In this document: positions 18,363-28,273 of the stretch, one piece after another
Layout: each line of letters starts with the position of its first letter
How positions within the stretch are numbered: the first letter of the stretch is position 1
DNA from: an uncultured bacterium
Lineage (GTDB): Bacteria > CAYUVA01
Length of the DNA stretch: 47,869 bases
Direction: 5' to 3'
NCBI GenBank assembly: GCA_964448115.1
Contig: CAYUVA010000037.1
Location: 1 to 47,869 of the forward strand
The notes under the pieces: generated by a model
Databases searched by the model: none
Seen by the model: only the letters and a program-made list of their open reading frames with translations
What the model was told of the DNA's origin: nothing
Position numbers and translations under genes: made by a program

Positions 18363-19874
18363 ATGGTAGTCTTGTTATCAATATTCATGGTGGTTTCCTT
18401 GCTTGGCTCCACTGCCGTTTACTTCAGCAGGCGAACAGTAGCCAACAAGATTGCTGTAGGGCTTGCAGTAGCCTTTTTCGTGCTAGCTTGTCTGATTCTA
18501 CTTTTCGCTTACGGCTCATTTGGGTATGGTGGAAGGATAGTTAAGCTGCTCGAATACCCTTGGCTAGCCAATCAAAGCGTCTATTCAGTGCGGTTGGCTT
18601 TTATAGTAGATCCCCTTTCATGCATTATGATTCTGCTGATCTCTCTGATGCTGCTGGTAAATACGATCTATTCTGTTGACTATATTGGTTCTGGCAACCC
18701 TAGATACCTAAGCAGCCGGCTGCGCAATATCCGTCGTTATCATTTTTGGATGATTTTCTATGCCTTTTCCCTGGCAGGCGTTGTTCTGGCGCAGAATTTC
18801 CTTACGCTTTTGTGGTTCTGGGAGCTTGCAACCGTATGTACCTGGGCGCTCATCTCTTATTATACGATCAAGGCTAAGGCATCCAAGGCGAGTCAGAAGA
18901 TGATAATATTAAACTCCCTTGGGGATTTATTTTTTATCGTCGCAGTCTTGGTACTTTACAGCAATGCCCACAGCCTGGAGTTTTCCTCGATCAGTAGCTT
19001 ATCCTCAGGACTCAGCAGCCTGGTATTCATCCTGCTATTTCTGGGTGCCTCGGCAAAGTGCTCCATGATGCCCTTTTTCTCCTGGCTTGCGGATGGTGCC
19101 AAGATCTCTGCTCCAATCGGAGCATTTATCCAGGGAGTCGGGCTTGTCAAGGTTGCCGTGATCGTGTTTGCTCGGATACTATTAAGCAATCAAGGTAGCG
19201 CAGGGAATACCACTTCATATCTGATGTTGCTTATGAGCCTAGGCACCATCATTATCGCAGCATCCTTGGTCATCTATCAGCGTGATCTCAGGCGAGTGGT
19301 AACCTTCGTAACTATAACCCAGGTGGGATACATGATGCTTGGATTATCCTTATATTCCAGGGGCATACAAGAGGGGATACATGCTGCCTTGCTCGTTCTG
19401 GTTGGACATGCAGCCGCGGCAACTTTATTCATACTGGCAGTAGGCTATATCGGTAATCGTAGCGGGAATACAAGAAAAGATGCCATCTCAGGTCTGTACC
19501 ATCGGATGCCCTTGGCTGCCATCAGCCTGCTATTAGGAGTGATCTCCCTTATCGGATTGCCACCCTGGGGGCTTTTTTGGGGTAAGCTGGATCTGTTTGC
19601 AGCCTGCTTGCACTACAAAGGCTTTATAGGCATTGTTAGTTTTATTGTTATCGCCTTGGAGACTATTTGGATGATGTTAGTTTTACTCCACATTGCACAT
19701 GAGATCATCTTCGGCAAGCCACCTAGGAGCCTAAGGGGCTCGGATGAAGACCAAAAGCAGGTGGCAGGAGAGGTCTTCTTCATAAGGATAGTTCTGGTTA
19801 TTTTGATATTTCTCAACCTGGTTTTCTCGCTTTTGTTTTTACCTTTAATCACCAAGGTGAGGGTGATCTTGTGA
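18363..19874 (+). CDS. Antiporter-like membrane subunit (HyfD/NuoL/MrpA family), partly degenerate
   Basis: FIVDPLS...IYSVDY, LWFWELATVCTWALI, SAKCSMMPFFSWLADG, RDLRRVVTFVTITQVGYM, IGLPPWGLFWGK. Confidence 0.85.
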   Translation: MVVLLSIFMVVSLLGSTAVYFSRRTVANKIAVGLAVAFFVLACLILLFAYGSFGYGGRIVKLLEYPWLANQSVYSVRLAFIVDPLSCIMILLISLMLLVNTIYSVDYIGSGNPRYLSSRLRNIRRYHFWMIFYAFSLAGVVLAQNFLTLLWFWELATVCTWALISYYTIKAKASKASQKMIILNSLGDLFFIVAVLVLYSNAHSLEFSSISSLSSGLSSLVFILLFLGASAKCSMMPFFSWLADGAKISAPIGAFIQGVGLVKVAVIVFARILLSNQGSAGNTTSYLMLLMSLGTIIIAASLVIYQRDLRRVVTFVTITQVGYMMLGLSLYSRGIQEGIHAALLVLVGHAAAATLFILAVGYIGNRSGNTRKDAISGLYHRMPLAAISLLLGVISLIGLPPWGLFWGKLDLFAACLHYKGFIGIVSFIVIALETIWMMLVLLHIAHEIIFGKPPRSLRGSDEDQKQVAGEVFFIRIVLVILIFLNLVFSLLFLPLITKVRVIL

Positions 19875-21979
19875 TCGGAATTATTTTGGCAAATATCGGT
19901 TTAGTTGCCCTGATAGTCATTGGAATATTGATCTATTTCACCCAGGATACTGAGCAAGGGCAAAGCTTCGTGCGCAGGATATCATTCTGGTTCGTTGCGG
20001 CAGCTTCCCTTATCAATATCATATTATCGCTATCGGTATTGATCTCGGGAAGTCCTTTATTTTTCAATATCAGCACAGTCTTCATTAAGCCACTTCTCTT
20101 TGAGATCGGTTTCAAGCTCGATACATTAAGCGCGTCCTTTCTTTTACTCATCAGCATCGTTAGTGTTGCGGTCACCGGTTTTGCTGCTCGTTACATGGAG
20201 CGTTTCTTAGGGGAACTGAAGCATTTTTATCCTCCCTATCTTTTCTTGATCGCCTCTGTTATGTGGTGTCTGATCGTAGAGAATCTTTTTCTATTTTTCA
20301 TTTTGCTTCAGATCATCATCATCTCTTCCTACCTGTTGCTTTGTTATAATAAATCTCGCGAGGAGAAGTTGGTTAGCGAGTATCATTACTTAGTCTCAAA
20401 ACAGCTCGGCTTGATTCTACTTTTAATCGCCATGTTGCCCCTGGTTTGGCATATCATACCATTATCAGGAGCTGGCTTCAGCGGAACTTGCGAATCCTTG
20501 AGCTTGCTTTCCGATAGCTCGCCGGTCCCTGCTTGGATCATTTACCTGGTCCTGGCAGTTGGTGCTCTGATATTCCTCCAGATGTGGCCGCTGAGAGGTA
20601 AAGGGCTAGTTGAATCGCTGGTATCTCATCCAATGCCCGGCATCCTCGCACTTCAGATATTTCCACCCTTGATAGGATTTTACATACTGATGCGCCTGGT
20701 GTCCTTTGGATTTCAGCCTGGCAGCAGCCATTACATATTCGGTTTCATGGCAGCAGCCCTAGGTGCTATCTCTTGCACCAGGGGGGTGGTAACTGCCCTT
20801 GGCAAGCGTGATCTACTCATCTCTTCAGGATATATTCTGCACTCTTATTATGGATTCATACTGTTTATGCTTGGTGTCGGTTGCGTGGTATCTGTTTCTC
20901 GATCGCTGCTATTTTTGCTTTTGTTTCTGTGCGCAGGGATGCTTTTATTCATAACTATCCTGTCTTATACGATGCTAGGTGTAAGCCTGGGCAGCGTCCA
21001 GTTTTTCATTGGACACCTGGAGCCGAGCCGCCTAGGAAACCTGAGAAGGTATCTCCCTATGACCTCTTTTTGCTTATTCTATGCTGCAATCACATTGTGC
21101 GGCTTGCCTCCCCTTGCCGGATTCCTGCCTATGTCCTTGTTCATATCGGGGAGTTTCGAGGCGGGAGCTTATTATCCGATCTTCGGTTTAATAGGCATCG
21201 TAATATTCATCTTTTCAATTTCTATTGCCATTTATCTTGTCAAGGAACTATCCCTGAGTGTGTTTGGCGAGGCGCAAAGCTCGGTACGCAAGGCTCGCCC
21301 AAAGGAAGCCGAACAGGCTAAGGCGATGCTTTGGACGCAGTGGAGCCTATTGGGCGTGAATACCGTGCTGGCATTGTTTCCAGGATTGCTGGCGATGTGG
21401 GGCTTCAGGGCGATACTGGGAATGATACAAGATCGAAATATCCCAATGCCCTTTGACCATCTTTTCTTTGGGAGACCATTCTTGGCGGTTTTAGTCAAGA
21501 GGCCGACCCTTATGGGGGAAGATGTCCTTATCGGGACCTGGATACCGCTGGCTGTAATCTCGATATTGACCGTGATCACCCTGTTAACTCTATTTTTAGC
21601 CAGGAGATTCCATAAAAGCTCCATCGAGGAAGATCTATCGCAAAACGATGCGACCTTTGCTGAGATCAGCGAGGAGATAATCTCCCAGTCCCCTCATCCC
21701 ATCCCTATGCCTGCTGGTGCCTTGAACAAGCTTGCCTATCAACAGAAGGCGGGTGGCTTCAGCATCAGGATGCCAAGCTTCTTTACCAGACTTGCAGATA
21801 TAGACAGTTGGCTTTATGGACCGATCCTCAATCGTTTCCTTCGCATCAGTGAGCTTCTCAAGAAATTCGAGCCGGGGCGGATGGAAAGCCAGCTCTCATG
21901 GCTGTTGGCGCTCTGTTTGCTGCTGGCGGCTATTATCCTGATGGTTAATTGGAATATCTTCGGGTTTACAAAATGGTAG
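19871..21979 (+). CDS. Antiporter-like membrane subunit (HyfB-like), degenerate
   Basis: FKLDTLSASFLLLI, LGNLRRYLPMT, LCGLPPLAGF, SVFGE; about 700 aa with a HyfB-like C-terminal extension. GTG start overlaps the upstream stop. Confidence 0.75.
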   Translation: MIGIILANIGLVALIVIGILIYFTQDTEQGQSFVRRISFWFVAAASLINIILSLSVLISGSPLFFNISTVFIKPLLFEIGFKLDTLSASFLLLISIVSVAVTGFAARYMERFLGELKHFYPPYLFLIASVMWCLIVENLFLFFILLQIIIISSYLLLCYNKSREEKLVSEYHYLVSKQLGLILLLIAMLPLVWHIIPLSGAGFSGTCESLSLLSDSSPVPAWIIYLVLAVGALIFLQMWPLRGKGLVESLVSHPMPGILALQIFPPLIGFYILMRLVSFGFQPGSSHYIFGFMAAALGAISCTRGVVTALGKRDLLISSGYILHSYYGFILFMLGVGCVVSVSRSLLFLLLFLCAGMLLFITILSYTMLGVSLGSVQFFIGHLEPSRLGNLRRYLPMTSFCLFYAAITLCGLPPLAGFLPMSLFISGSFEAGAYYPIFGLIGIVIFIFSISIAIYLVKELSLSVFGEAQSSVRKARPKEAEQAKAMLWTQWSLLGVNTVLALFPGLLAMWGFRAILGMIQDRNIPMPFDHLFFGRPFLAVLVKRPTLMGEDVLIGTWIPLAVISILTVITLLTLFLARRFHKSSIEEDLSQNDATFAEISEEIISQSPHPIPMPAGALNKLAYQQKAGGFSIRMPSFFTRLADIDSWLYGPILNRFLRISELLKKFEPGRMESQLSWLLALCLLLAAIILMVNWNIFGFTKW

Positions 21980-22896
21980 TTATAACATCCACAGCCTGGT
22001 TATTTTTTTACCTGCTACTTTTACTGCTCATCTCTCCAGCCGTGGAATGGTTTGCGCGCTGGGTAAGAGCTTTGCTCATGGCAGATAAACAACCTAACCT
22101 GCTTAGCCTGTACAAGAGGCTGGTAAATATGGCTGGTAGTTATACACCGCAGAGCCTCAAAGCACCTTATGGAGGCATTTTCCCCCCGTTTTTCCTTGCT
22201 TTAGTGATCACTGCTGGATTGATGTGCCCACTATGTATTGGGAGCCAAACAGGCTCAATAGGAGAGATTACCGCATTTGTCGGCTTGATCTCCCTGGGAC
22301 TTATCATGTTTATTCCAGTCGGATTCGCCTACCGGAGGAGTTTCAAGGAGATACTGGGATCTCTTGAGATCAGGCAGGCGATTGTCGGCGATGCGATATT
22401 TCTGCTAGGGATATTGGTCTATAGTCTGAGGAATCTTGGCTCACATTTCCATAGCATTGACAATCTAGGATTTTGTATTTCCAGCCTGTTGGCTATCCTG
22501 GTGATGCTATGGGGCATTAGGTCCCTTGCCGGCAAGCTACCATTCCCGCTCTACGGATCGCCTCCTCCTGCCGAGATATCCTTAGTTTCCAACTACAATC
22601 CGCATGGTCAAGGCTTATTAGCACTTGCTTTCTACCTGAAGAATTGTCTTTATTACAGCCTTGTATTAACAGCTTTGGTTAATGAAATAGCCATGCAATT
22701 AAGGGAGTTGGAGCTAACATTTTGCCCTTTGGCAGGCATTACTTTACAGATACCCTCGATGTTCGTGCTGGCAGGTATCCTGTCAGCGATAAGCGCATTA
22801 CTATGGAGCAAGGAGGTCAAGATAACCTGGACACATCACAGTATAATCCTCGCATCAGGCGTTTTAGCAGCGATACTCAGAATGATAGGAGTGTGA
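21973..22896 (+). CDS. HyfC/NuoH-like membrane subunit, degenerate
   Basis: LLLISPAVEWFARWVRALL...PNLLSLYKRLV resembles the NuoH/HyfC N-terminus; GKLPF...EISLVSNY...GLLAL resembles the loop region. Size and position fit. Confidence 0.65.
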   Translation: MVVITSTAWLFFYLLLLLLISPAVEWFARWVRALLMADKQPNLLSLYKRLVNMAGSYTPQSLKAPYGGIFPPFFLALVITAGLMCPLCIGSQTGSIGEITAFVGLISLGLIMFIPVGFAYRRSFKEILGSLEIRQAIVGDAIFLLGILVYSLRNLGSHFHSIDNLGFCISSLLAILVMLWGIRSLAGKLPFPLYGSPPPAEISLVSNYNPHGQGLLALAFYLKNCLYYSLVLTALVNEIAMQLRELELTFCPLAGITLQIPSMFVLAGILSAISALLWSKEVKITWTHHSIILASGVLAAILRMIGV

Positions 22897-22897
22897 G

Positions 22898-23557
22898 ATG
22901 CTTACTTTTTTCTTGAACAGCCTGGCTTTGCTCACTTTGGTTATAGTTGTGATCTGGACCCTTATCCCCCGGATCAAGGGCACCATCTTGTATATTATTT
23001 TCTTACTAGCCATAGTTACCCAGGCTAGCTTGATCCTGATTATCGGGAGGTTTTTTGAGCTACTGTTGCCCCTTGTTTTATACTTGGGTATCCGCATTTT
23101 GCTCGCCTGGCAATTGCAGGGTCGGATGAAGGAAGCGGATTCGAGGATAGTGAGCAATGGATTACCCATCAATCGCCGGCAGCTTTTATGGATTTACAGC
23201 TCGATATTTATTTTCATATTACTCTTCGGGGGATTGAATATGGTTTGGCTCTTGGACTGGCTGATGACTAATTTCCTCGAATTCCCGTCTTATGGAGGCG
23301 GTGGTTTTCTGATCTCGCTGCTTGTGGTTATCATCGGGTTATTCAGCCTCGCATCAAGCCGAAGCCATAATGAATTTGGTTTATCGTTGCTTTTAGCCGA
23401 CGGGGGACTGTTGATTTTTCTTCTTTTGCTCAACCAGTGGGGAAGCTCAATTGATTTAGGAATATTTTCCCTGTTTGTCCCCGCATTTCTATTAACTGAC
23501 AGATACCTTGGCAACCGTCAAAGAGAGTTAAAACACGAGCTGGAGGTTAAGCATTGA
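22898..23557 (+). CDS. HyfE-like membrane subunit (putative)
   Basis: 219 aa, mostly hydrophobic, LVVIIGLFSLASSRS...GLSLLLADGGL; lies between the HyfC- and HyfF-like genes. Confidence 0.55.
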   Translation: MLTFFLNSLALLTLVIVVIWTLIPRIKGTILYIIFLLAIVTQASLILIIGRFFELLLPLVLYLGIRILLAWQLQGRMKEADSRIVSNGLPINRRQLLWIYSSIFIFILLFGGLNMVWLLDWLMTNFLEFPSYGGGGFLISLLVVIIGLFSLASSRSHNEFGLSLLLADGGLLIFLLLLNQWGSSIDLGIFSLFVPAFLLTDRYLGNRQRELKHELEVKH

Positions 23558-25053
23558 GCGAGTCGGTTAACAACCTAGTAATGTTCACTCCGCTTTTGCC
23601 TCTATTTTTCGCGCTTCTTTTATGGCTGCAAGGAGCCGGTAAGAAGGACTCTGTGAAACTTAATCTGTTTCTCATAGGCAGCCTTATGGTTGTTAGCTTC
23701 AATCTTTATTATGTCATTAGGACGACAGCTACCGTTTTGGTTGCTGCCCATCATCTCTTTTTAGTAGATGCTATCGCCACCCTATTTTCGTTAGCTACCA
23801 GCTTGATTATTTTGATGGCTGGGATTTACACCTTCTTTTATTCAAGGCGCTCGCGGCAAACAAGCAAAGGTCGCAGCCCGGTGATAGGCTCTTATCTGGC
23901 TAGCCTGTTGCTGCTGATGGCGACCATGAATTATGGATTCTTTTTAAGGGATCTCTTATATGGCATCTTTTTGTTTATCATATCTGCGGCAGCGGTATGT
24001 CTCGCCTTAGCATCGTTCAACAGAGAGGAGCCTATCTTTATTGCACGAAGATTTATCAAGTTTATCGCTTTGGGCGCGATTTTAGTTGTTCTAGGTTCTT
24101 TTGTATTAAGCGGACTTTTTTACGATTCTGAGGTCTATCCGCTTTTCCCCGGCTTGGATCATTTTTTGGCAGAGAATCGGGGAGAATGGGGATTGGAGTC
24201 TGTATGCGCCCTGGCTGGAGGTTTGCTGTTCTTCGGATTCTTGTTTTTTAGCGGCGGATTTCCGGCTTATATATGGCAGAAGAACTACAGCAAGCGCTTG
24301 CGGGTGGTGGATGCTTTCCTTATCAACGGCTTATTCTCATGCATCGGGCTGTATGGGATGTATCATTGGGTCGCGCCAATTGCACACAGGATAAAACATC
24401 TTGGGATGATCATCATCTTTATAAGCCTTGTCGGCATGTTGTTCGGAGCCATAAGGAGCTTCACCCAGAAGGAACTTCGCAAGTATCTTTTGTATGTAGC
24501 TATTGTGCAGGTCGCCATGGTAATGCTGGGGATCACTGTAAAGAACGGTTCCGCGTTCTCCGGTGGATTATTCCATATATTCAACCAGCTTTTGCTTCGC
24601 TTCTGCCTGGTCGGCGTGCTAGGAGGTGTCATGTTTCGATGTCGCAGCGCTCGAATTACCCAATTGGGAGGGCTGGCGAAAAAGATGCCCATATCGTTTG
24701 TTCTTTATTTCGGGATAGCGTTGGCTCTGGGAGGGATGCCGCCTTTCAGTTCTTTCTGGAGCTTTACTAGCATTGTACTGGGACTCGTTGAGGGGGGATA
24801 CCTCTGGGTTGCCATTGCGGTTGTATTCGCTAATCTGTTGTTTTTTGTATCACTACTCAGTATGGGCAGGAAAATATTCCTGGGAAGAACCATGCCGGCT
24901 GCCGTCTCGGATGATCTGACCATCAAGGAACCTCCATTCGGTTTGCTGGTGCCGGTTACTATTATAGCGGTCATCACGCTGATTTTAGGTCTCTTCCCTC
25001 AAATTATATCACCTTTGATAAAAGCAGCAGGGGACGCTCTGCTGTCAGCGTAG
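23554..25053 (+). CDS. Antiporter-like membrane subunit (HyfF/MrpD/NuoM family), degenerate
   Basis: FLVDAIA, TQKELRKYLLYVAIVQVA, LGGLAKKMP, LALGGMPPFSSFWS, LILGLFP. Confidence 0.8.
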   Translation: MSESVNNLVMFTPLLPLFFALLLWLQGAGKKDSVKLNLFLIGSLMVVSFNLYYVIRTTATVLVAAHHLFLVDAIATLFSLATSLIILMAGIYTFFYSRRSRQTSKGRSPVIGSYLASLLLLMATMNYGFFLRDLLYGIFLFIISAAAVCLALASFNREEPIFIARRFIKFIALGAILVVLGSFVLSGLFYDSEVYPLFPGLDHFLAENRGEWGLESVCALAGGLLFFGFLFFSGGFPAYIWQKNYSKRLRVVDAFLINGLFSCIGLYGMYHWVAPIAHRIKHLGMIIIFISLVGMLFGAIRSFTQKELRKYLLYVAIVQVAMVMLGITVKNGSAFSGGLFHIFNQLLLRFCLVGVLGGVMFRCRSARITQLGGLAKKMPISFVLYFGIALALGGMPPFSSFWSFTSIVLGLVEGGYLWVAIAVVFANLLFFVSLLSMGRKIFLGRTMPAAVSDDLTIKEPPFGLLVPVTIIAVITLILGLFPQIISPLIKAAGDALLSA

Positions 25054-25066
25054 TCTTATCCGCATT

Positions 25067-27145
25067 ATGAGACAGGTTATCCCATTAAATAAAGGCTGGC
25101 GATTTTCACCTGTTGAGCAACTGCTCGAGGAGCACAAGGACTATGTCTTCGATGATTCCTCGTGGATACCAGTAGAGCTTCCCCATCAATGGGCATCATT
25201 GTTTAGCCTGCGCCATTACGCAGGTAAGGCTGTTTATCGCCTCCGCTTTGATTTGGAACAGGTCCCCAGGGAGCGGTTCTATTACTTGAGGTTAGGTGGG
25301 ATCTTCTATTATTTCAGGGCTTTCTTAAACGGGAATCTGATCGGAGAATCCCGGGGATACCTATATGATCATGTTCTCGATATAACCATGCATCTTCTGC
25401 GCAGAAATATACTTGTAATCGAGGTTTATTGCCCGTATTCGGAGGGCTTGGTGAACCCCGGGGGAATAGCCTTGCCGGTAACCCTGGAGGCAAGGTTGCC
25501 GATAGCGATCACCCAAGCGAGATTTTCTCCAAGCGTGTTATCGCAAGGAAGAGCTAAACTGGAAGCAAGGCTCAACTGTCTATTACAAAATAAATATTTA
25601 CTGGATCAAAAGGGGATTAGGAATTATCGATCACCACAGGAGGTTGCCTTTCGATACCGCATTGAGCCGATCGGCTTCGATGCCCCGATTACCGAGATGG
25701 AAACCAGCCTGGATCTCTATGATAACGACAACTTCATATTTCATGTCATCGAGTTGAATGAGCCGCGCCTCTGGTGGGGCTGGGACCAGGGGATGCCTAA
25801 TTTATATAGAGTCATAGTGGAACTTCATGGCGAAAAAGGGCTCTTGGATAGAATCGAGTCATCGGTGGGGATCCGATGCATCGCCATGCATAACAAGGCG
25901 CTGTTTCTCAATGGACGAAAATTATATCTGCGAGGCACCAATTACCTTCCTACCAGGCAACTTATGTCAGAGATTACAGAGCAACATCTGCGCACCAACC
26001 TTGATCTGATCAAGAAGGCTAATATCAACACGGTAAGGGTATTATCGCATATTGAACCACCAGCTTTTTATGATATCTGCGATGAGATGGGCATTCTAGT
26101 CTGGCAAGATTTCCCACATCATGGGGATTTAAGATCCTTTGCGACTCGCCAGGCAGCCAATCAAGCGGAACAAATGACTCGCTACCTGCACAATCATCCC
26201 AGCGTGGTGCTCTACTGCTCACATAGCAAGCCTCTTTTCCAGGAAATATCAAAAACCCGAACCAATGCTCGCCAAACGAGTTCATTATCATCTTCTCGAT
26301 TAAACAACTGCATGCTTGCCAGGATGTTAAAGGCGGTCATAGCAGCCTCTGATCCGACAAGGGCTGTTTTGTCTAGTCCGGGAGCGAGCTTTCACTGTGG
26401 AAGGTGCAAGAGGCTATTGAATCGGCTTGAGGGACGGCTCAGGATATTGAAACGACATTTGAAGCTGGTGGGGCAGCTTAGCGCTAAGGCATTCCCAAGT
26501 ATAGAAAACATACCCAAGTTGTTTCATGACAGTATGGAGGATAAGTCGGGTCTTGATAAGTGGTTATTAGAAGACCTGCTGCAAGATGATCAGTTGGAGT
26601 CCTATATCCCCATGCATCAAAGGATTAGCCTGGAGGACTTGGTTAATGCCACCCAGGGATACCAGGCTTTTTTTATCAAGGTGATCATCGAGCGATTGAG
26701 ACTGCTCAAATACAATCTGAACAATGGTGTTATGCATTACTGCTTCAACGATTGCCATCCAGCCATATCATACTCGGTTGTTGACTACTGGGGTCATGCG
26801 AAGAAGGGCTATTATGCGATAAAGGAGAGCTTTGAGCCGCTACAAGCGATTGCTAAGTTGAAATTGGAATCCTACCTGACGCAGGTTAAGGAGGAAATCC
26901 CTTTATTTCTTGTAAACGACACATCAAATGAGTATAATGATATATCTGTGGAAGCTCTTGTTATGCTAAACGATGAGCTAGTTACTTGTGGTCAATGGAC
27001 GCGCAGCATCGAGGCTGATGGGAGACCTGTCGAGCTGGGCAGGCTTCGCTTCGATCCCTTCAAGCCGGGACTATATGAACTAAAAACAAAACTTTATGCA
27101 AGCCAAGGTGTTATACATAACAACTATGAGTTGCTCGTCATATAG
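25067..27145 (+). CDS. GH2 (beta-mannosidase-like) fold protein apparently lacking catalytic glutamates
   Basis: EPRLWWGWDQGMPNLY, LNGRKLYLRGTNY, ANINTVRV, FYDICDEMGILVWQDF, NHPSVVLYC, YSVVDYWGHAKKGYY. No signal peptide. Confidence 0.85.
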   Translation: MRQVIPLNKGWRFSPVEQLLEEHKDYVFDDSSWIPVELPHQWASLFSLRHYAGKAVYRLRFDLEQVPRERFYYLRLGGIFYYFRAFLNGNLIGESRGYLYDHVLDITMHLLRRNILVIEVYCPYSEGLVNPGGIALPVTLEARLPIAITQARFSPSVLSQGRAKLEARLNCLLQNKYLLDQKGIRNYRSPQEVAFRYRIEPIGFDAPITEMETSLDLYDNDNFIFHVIELNEPRLWWGWDQGMPNLYRVIVELHGEKGLLDRIESSVGIRCIAMHNKALFLNGRKLYLRGTNYLPTRQLMSEITEQHLRTNLDLIKKANINTVRVLSHIEPPAFYDICDEMGILVWQDFPHHGDLRSFATRQAANQAEQMTRYLHNHPSVVLYCSHSKPLFQEISKTRTNARQTSSLSSSRLNNCMLARMLKAVIAASDPTRAVLSSPGASFHCGRCKRLLNRLEGRLRILKRHLKLVGQLSAKAFPSIENIPKLFHDSMEDKSGLDKWLLEDLLQDDQLESYIPMHQRISLEDLVNATQGYQAFFIKVIIERLRLLKYNLNNGVMHYCFNDCHPAISYSVVDYWGHAKKGYYAIKESFEPLQAIAKLKLESYLTQVKEEIPLFLVNDTSNEYNDISVEALVMLNDELVTCGQWTRSIEADGRPVELGRLRFDPFKPGLYELKTKLYASQGVIHNNYELLVI

Positions 27146-27186
27146 ATATTGAAATGAAAAGATCACACCATAATCAGGAGGATTAG

Positions 27187-28029
27187 ATGAAAGTCAAGAT
27201 GCCTGTATTGTATGCGAGTATCCTCGGAATGCTGGTATTATGCCTTTCAGCAGCCGATGCCCTCCAGGTCAAGGAAGGCGCTTGGGTTCTTTACGAGAAG
27301 ACCTTTACTAACGACAAGGGTGTCAAGCTAACTGGAGATCTCAAGATCTCTGCGTTGGGTAAGGAAAAATTCGAGGGTAAGGACTGTAGATGGATCGAGA
27401 TCCATGAGAACCTCGCAGATAAAAAACGAATCAGCAAACTACTGGTCGAAATCAAAGAACCGAAGGATCTGCAGGACAACCTCCAATTTTGGGGCGAGGT
27501 GCACCGCCTTATCATTCAAGATCAAGGAAAGGAGGCAATGGAGATACCTAGGCAGAGTTATGCTAACTATCTGCCTAACATCCTTGAGTACCCCAGAAAG
27601 GGCGGGAAACATCAACCGACCGTAAAGAAGAGTCAGATCAAGGAACTTAAAAAGGAAAAGCTCGTCATCGCTGATAAGGGAAAAATAAAGGCAGAACATA
27701 AAAGACAGCAGGTCTCCGAGGTATCCAAGATAAACTTGGGATTCATCAACCTGACCGATACACTTGACATCCAAAGCGATCTTTGGGCTAGCGACAAGGT
27801 GCCACTTACCCAGGTCGCCAAGTTCCAAGTCAAGTATAATGTCATATCTGTGAATAAGAAACCCGATGGCGAGGAAGTCAAAAAGGGACCGAAAACTTCT
27901 CAGCTTACGCTAGTGATTAAGGATTATGGAGATAAGGGCGCCAAGAGCATGATCAGCGGCGAGGTAAAGAAGATGCAGCTACCCAAGTTCCCCTTCCTCA
28001 TGCCACAACAACAAAAGGAAGGTAAGTAG
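27187..28029 (+). CDS. Secreted Lys-rich hypothetical protein
   Basis: AGGAG RBS and a signal peptide (MKVKMPVLYASILGMLVLCLSAADA). No family recognised. Confidence 0.75.
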   Translation: MKVKMPVLYASILGMLVLCLSAADALQVKEGAWVLYEKTFTNDKGVKLTGDLKISALGKEKFEGKDCRWIEIHENLADKKRISKLLVEIKEPKDLQDNLQFWGEVHRLIIQDQGKEAMEIPRQSYANYLPNILEYPRKGGKHQPTVKKSQIKELKKEKLVIADKGKIKAEHKRQQVSEVSKINLGFINLTDTLDIQSDLWASDKVPLTQVAKFQVKYNVISVNKKPDGEEVKKGPKTSQLTLVIKDYGDKGAKSMISGEVKKMQLPKFPFLMPQQQKEGK

Positions 28030-28273
28030 GAGCAATATAAGAAATCCCAAATGGAGTCCTAAAAGAAGAGCCTATCTACCGGGCACGAGATTGCATTATC
28101 GTTTCCACACTATCATTTCTGTGCACTAAAGCATAAGAATAAGCAAAACTAAATTTGTTAAAATTTGGCATTGGTTGCCATTGTTGGGTTATAATATCTA
28201 CCGTAGCTGATTACGCTACATACCTGCCCGACAAAACGGGCAAGACAATGAAAAATGGGGATGTTAGGATATC

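Noticed and set aside
18363-25053. Functional hydrogenase-4, complex I or Mrp antiporter call with gene symbols
   Set aside because: No catalytic or Fe-S subunits or MrpE/F/G in the window, and key charged residues appear missing.
28165-28180. Sigma54 promoter (TTGGCA...TTGC)
   Set aside because: The GG to GC spacing is 8 nt rather than the required 10.
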